Source: Thermoanaerobaculia bacterium (GTDB lineage Bacteria; Acidobacteriota; Thermoanaerobaculia; Gp7-AA8). From it: 64,000 bases of DNA. Position 1 is the first letter of the stretch. Each line of letters begins with the position of its first letter. Below the pieces are notes generated by a model. It did no database searches, was not told where the DNA came from, and saw nothing but the letters and a program-made list of their open reading frames with translations. This document shows, piece by piece, positions 62,338-64,000 of this stretch. The stretch is from contig JBIOTX010000042.1 of NCBI GenBank assembly GCA_044866315.1, forward strand, positions 1,299 to 65,298, read 5' to 3'. Made by a program: the position numbers and the translations under genes.

Positions 62338-62580
62338 ATGAGCGATCAGGACCGCAAGACGCGCACGAAAGGCGACCGCGTGATTCATACCGTGAAGGGC
62401 CGGCCATACTCCGGCAACCGCTACGAGGGCCCGCGCGGCCTCACCAATGAACAGAAGGAAAGCCAGCGCGTCGGCGAGAAGCTCCACGAGCGCCAGTCCC
62501 GCGAGACCGGCTGGACCATGAAGGAGCTCGAGCGCCTCGGCGGCACGGATGAGACTACTGTGACAAAGAAGGGACGGTAA
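62338..62580 (+). CDS. Small basic hypothetical protein (80 aa)
   Basis: The ATG follows GGAGAGCGGAGG. Reasonable codon bias. No recognised motif. Confidence 0.4.
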   Translation: MSDQDRKTRTKGDRVIHTVKGRPYSGNRYEGPRGLTNEQKESQRVGEKLHERQSRETGWTMKELERLGGTDETTVTKKGR

Positions 62581-62644
62581 TCCCGGTTTTGACATTCCGT
62601 TCCTGCTAGACTGCTTTCGCTCCTAATAAGCGTCACTGGAACGG

Positions 62645-63517
62645 ATGAATCCGGAAGAGATCTACCTCCGACATCTCCGGGCGATTGAGCGCATTGCGGC
62701 CTTCGTTGCTCGCCGCAATCACATGAATCCGGATGAGGCGGCGGAATTCACGCAGGAAGTGAGTGTCCGCCTTCTGGAGAACGACTATGGCGTCATCCGT
62801 AAGTTCGAGGGACGCAGCTCCTTTACGACCTACCTGACCACGGTGATCAAGCGTCTATGCCACCAGTACCGCATCGAGCTGTGGGGCAAATGGCGGCCGT
62901 CGGCCGAGGCAAAGCGCCTCGGCGACAAGGCCATCACCTTGGAGCGCCTGCTCTCCCGCGACGGATGCTCCTTCGCCGAGGCGGTGAAGATCCTTACCAC
63001 GCCCGAAGGCTCGGGGTACACGGTCGCCGAGCTGGAGGCCATTTACCTCCGTCTTCCCCTGCGCAGTCCGCGGCCCATCCTCGTGTCCGACGAGGCTCTC
63101 CCCGAGGCCGTCGCCGTGGAGTCCGACGCCGACGACCGCGTGGCCACGGGAGAGCGCGAGCGCGCTGCCCGCCATGCCTGCGCCGAAGTCGATCGGCTGT
63201 CACAAGACCTGAAGGCCGAGGATCGGCTCATCCTGCAGCTGCGCTTCCGGTACGCTCTGAAGGTGCCGGAGATCTCCCGGCACCTGGGCATCGACCAGAA
63301 GAAGATCTACAAAAGGCTCGATAAGATCTACGAGATCCTGCGCAGAGACCTGGAGGCCAACGGCGTCCGGAGCGTCGACGTGAATATGCTCCTTTCCAGC
63401 GGCGACCAGGACCTGCACTTCGACTTTCTCCACGCGGCCGGGGAAATCAACGCCTTCGGTCCCTCTCCTCATGCAGGTGGGGAGCGAGTCGATGGCGGCG
63501 AGGGGCGAGTGCCATGA
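62645..63517 (+). CDS. Sigma-70 family (ECF-like) RNA polymerase sigma factor, unusually long
   Basis: The region-2-like segment is EAAEFTQEVSVRLLEN...FTTYLTTVIKRLCHQY. The region-4 HTH is RLILQLRFRYALKVPEISRHLGIDQKKIYKRL. The stop overlaps the next start (ATGA). Confidence 0.75.
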   Translation: MNPEEIYLRHLRAIERIAAFVARRNHMNPDEAAEFTQEVSVRLLENDYGVIRKFEGRSSFTTYLTTVIKRLCHQYRIELWGKWRPSAEAKRLGDKAITLERLLSRDGCSFAEAVKILTTPEGSGYTVAELEAIYLRLPLRSPRPILVSDEALPEAVAVESDADDRVATGERERAARHACAEVDRLSQDLKAEDRLILQLRFRYALKVPEISRHLGIDQKKIYKRLDKIYEILRRDLEANGVRSVDVNMLLSSGDQDLHFDFLHAAGEINAFGPSPHAGGERVDGGEGRVP

Positions 63518-64000
63518 CCAATCCCCAGATGATGCCGGACCACCACCTCACGGACGAGACCCTCGCTGCTTTCGCCGATGGCCGCCTGCGCGGTAAGGAG
63601 CGGCAGGCAGTCATCGAGCATCTGTCGACGTGTGGCGAGGACTGCCGGGACGACCTGGCGGCGATCTCGGAGGCCAAGGAGCTCGGGGTGATCGAGGATG
63701 AGGGCAACGTGGTGAGAGGAAACTTTGTACGACGGGCGGTGCTCGCGGCGGCTGCTGCTGCTGCCGTTGTGATGATTCTGCCCGTGCCGCGGGTGCAAGA
63801 GTGGATCCGGTTCCAGCGCACGGGTGGGGTGTCGGAATTGGTGGCGGCGTCGGCGACGCTGGAAAGACGTGCGACGGAGGCGCGCCTGTCCGGAGGGTTT
63901 CCCTACCAAGAACCTCCGCCGACCTATCGGAGTGGGGAGGGATCCAAGGACGTCTCACCCAACATGCAGCTGGCTGCCTATCGCGTCGTGGAAAAGGGCA
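63514..64000 (+). CDS. Anti-sigma factor (zf-HC2-like, single TM); 3-prime end cut by the window edge
   Basis: My own translation (absent from the ORF track because no stop is reached): MTNPQMMPDHHLTDETLAAFADGRLRGKERQAVIEHLSTCGEDCRDDL..., followed by a TM segment AVLAAAAAAAVVMILPV. Confidence 0.6.
   Translation, partial: MTNPQMMPDHHLTDETLAAFADGRLRGKERQAVIEHLSTCGEDCRDDLAAISEAKELGVIEDEGNVVRGNFVRRAVLAAAAAAAVVMILPVPRVQEWIRFQRTGGVSELVAASATLERRATEARLSGGFPYQEPPPTYRSGEGSKDVSPNMQLAAYRVVEKG

Noticed and set aside
60629-62407. ORF-track version of the esterase-family gene extended to 592 aa
   Set aside because: The extra N-terminal 148 aa are Arg/Pro/Gly-rich and overlap the DUF5335-like gene in another frame. 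An internal ATG at 61960 with an ATGA coupling gives a family-typical N-terminus.

Overview
High-GC bacterial chromosomal segment with dense coding on both strands. I call about 60 protein genes. I found no rRNA, tRNA, CRISPR array, transposase or integrase. The gene content points to an Acidobacteriota-like organism, but this is inference only: a very large TonB-dependent receptor with a carboxypeptidase-regulatory-like N-domain, many secreted or Cys-anchored proteins, GT-C membrane proteins and REP-like palindromes. Most genes are housekeeping or ordinary metabolism: alaS, ftsK, pilT, recX, an Fpg/Nei glycosylase, treZ, ahpCD, an acyl-CoA mutase catalytic subunit, a Mo-hydroxylase, an SDR and several peptidases. 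c-di-GMP and signalling genes are scattered through the window (FHA-GGDEF, EAL, GAF, a CheY-like receiver, LuxR, and an ECF-like sigma with its anti-sigma). There are two small type II toxin-antitoxin cassettes; one is flanked by 31-nt direct repeats and looks inserted. I see no canonical, complete defence system (no RT, helicase/nuclease pair, cyclase plus effector, or CRISPR-Cas). The best candidates for something undescribed are: (a) a DUF5706/Pycsar-effector-like 2-TM protein with no cyclase, co-oriented with a polytopic membrane protein; (b) a DUF885 gene followed by two tandem paralogous ATP-grasp ligases; (c) a tight minus-strand operon of an FRG-domain protein, a Pro-rich exported protein, a DUF2235 (Tle1-like) hydrolase and a di-haem cytochrome c; (d) a secreted protein ending in a cupredoxin with an atypical CuA-like Cys/His/Met motif. 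All family assignments come from motif recognition by eye, not from database searches. The many long ORFs antisense to or out of frame with these genes are treated as high-GC artefacts.
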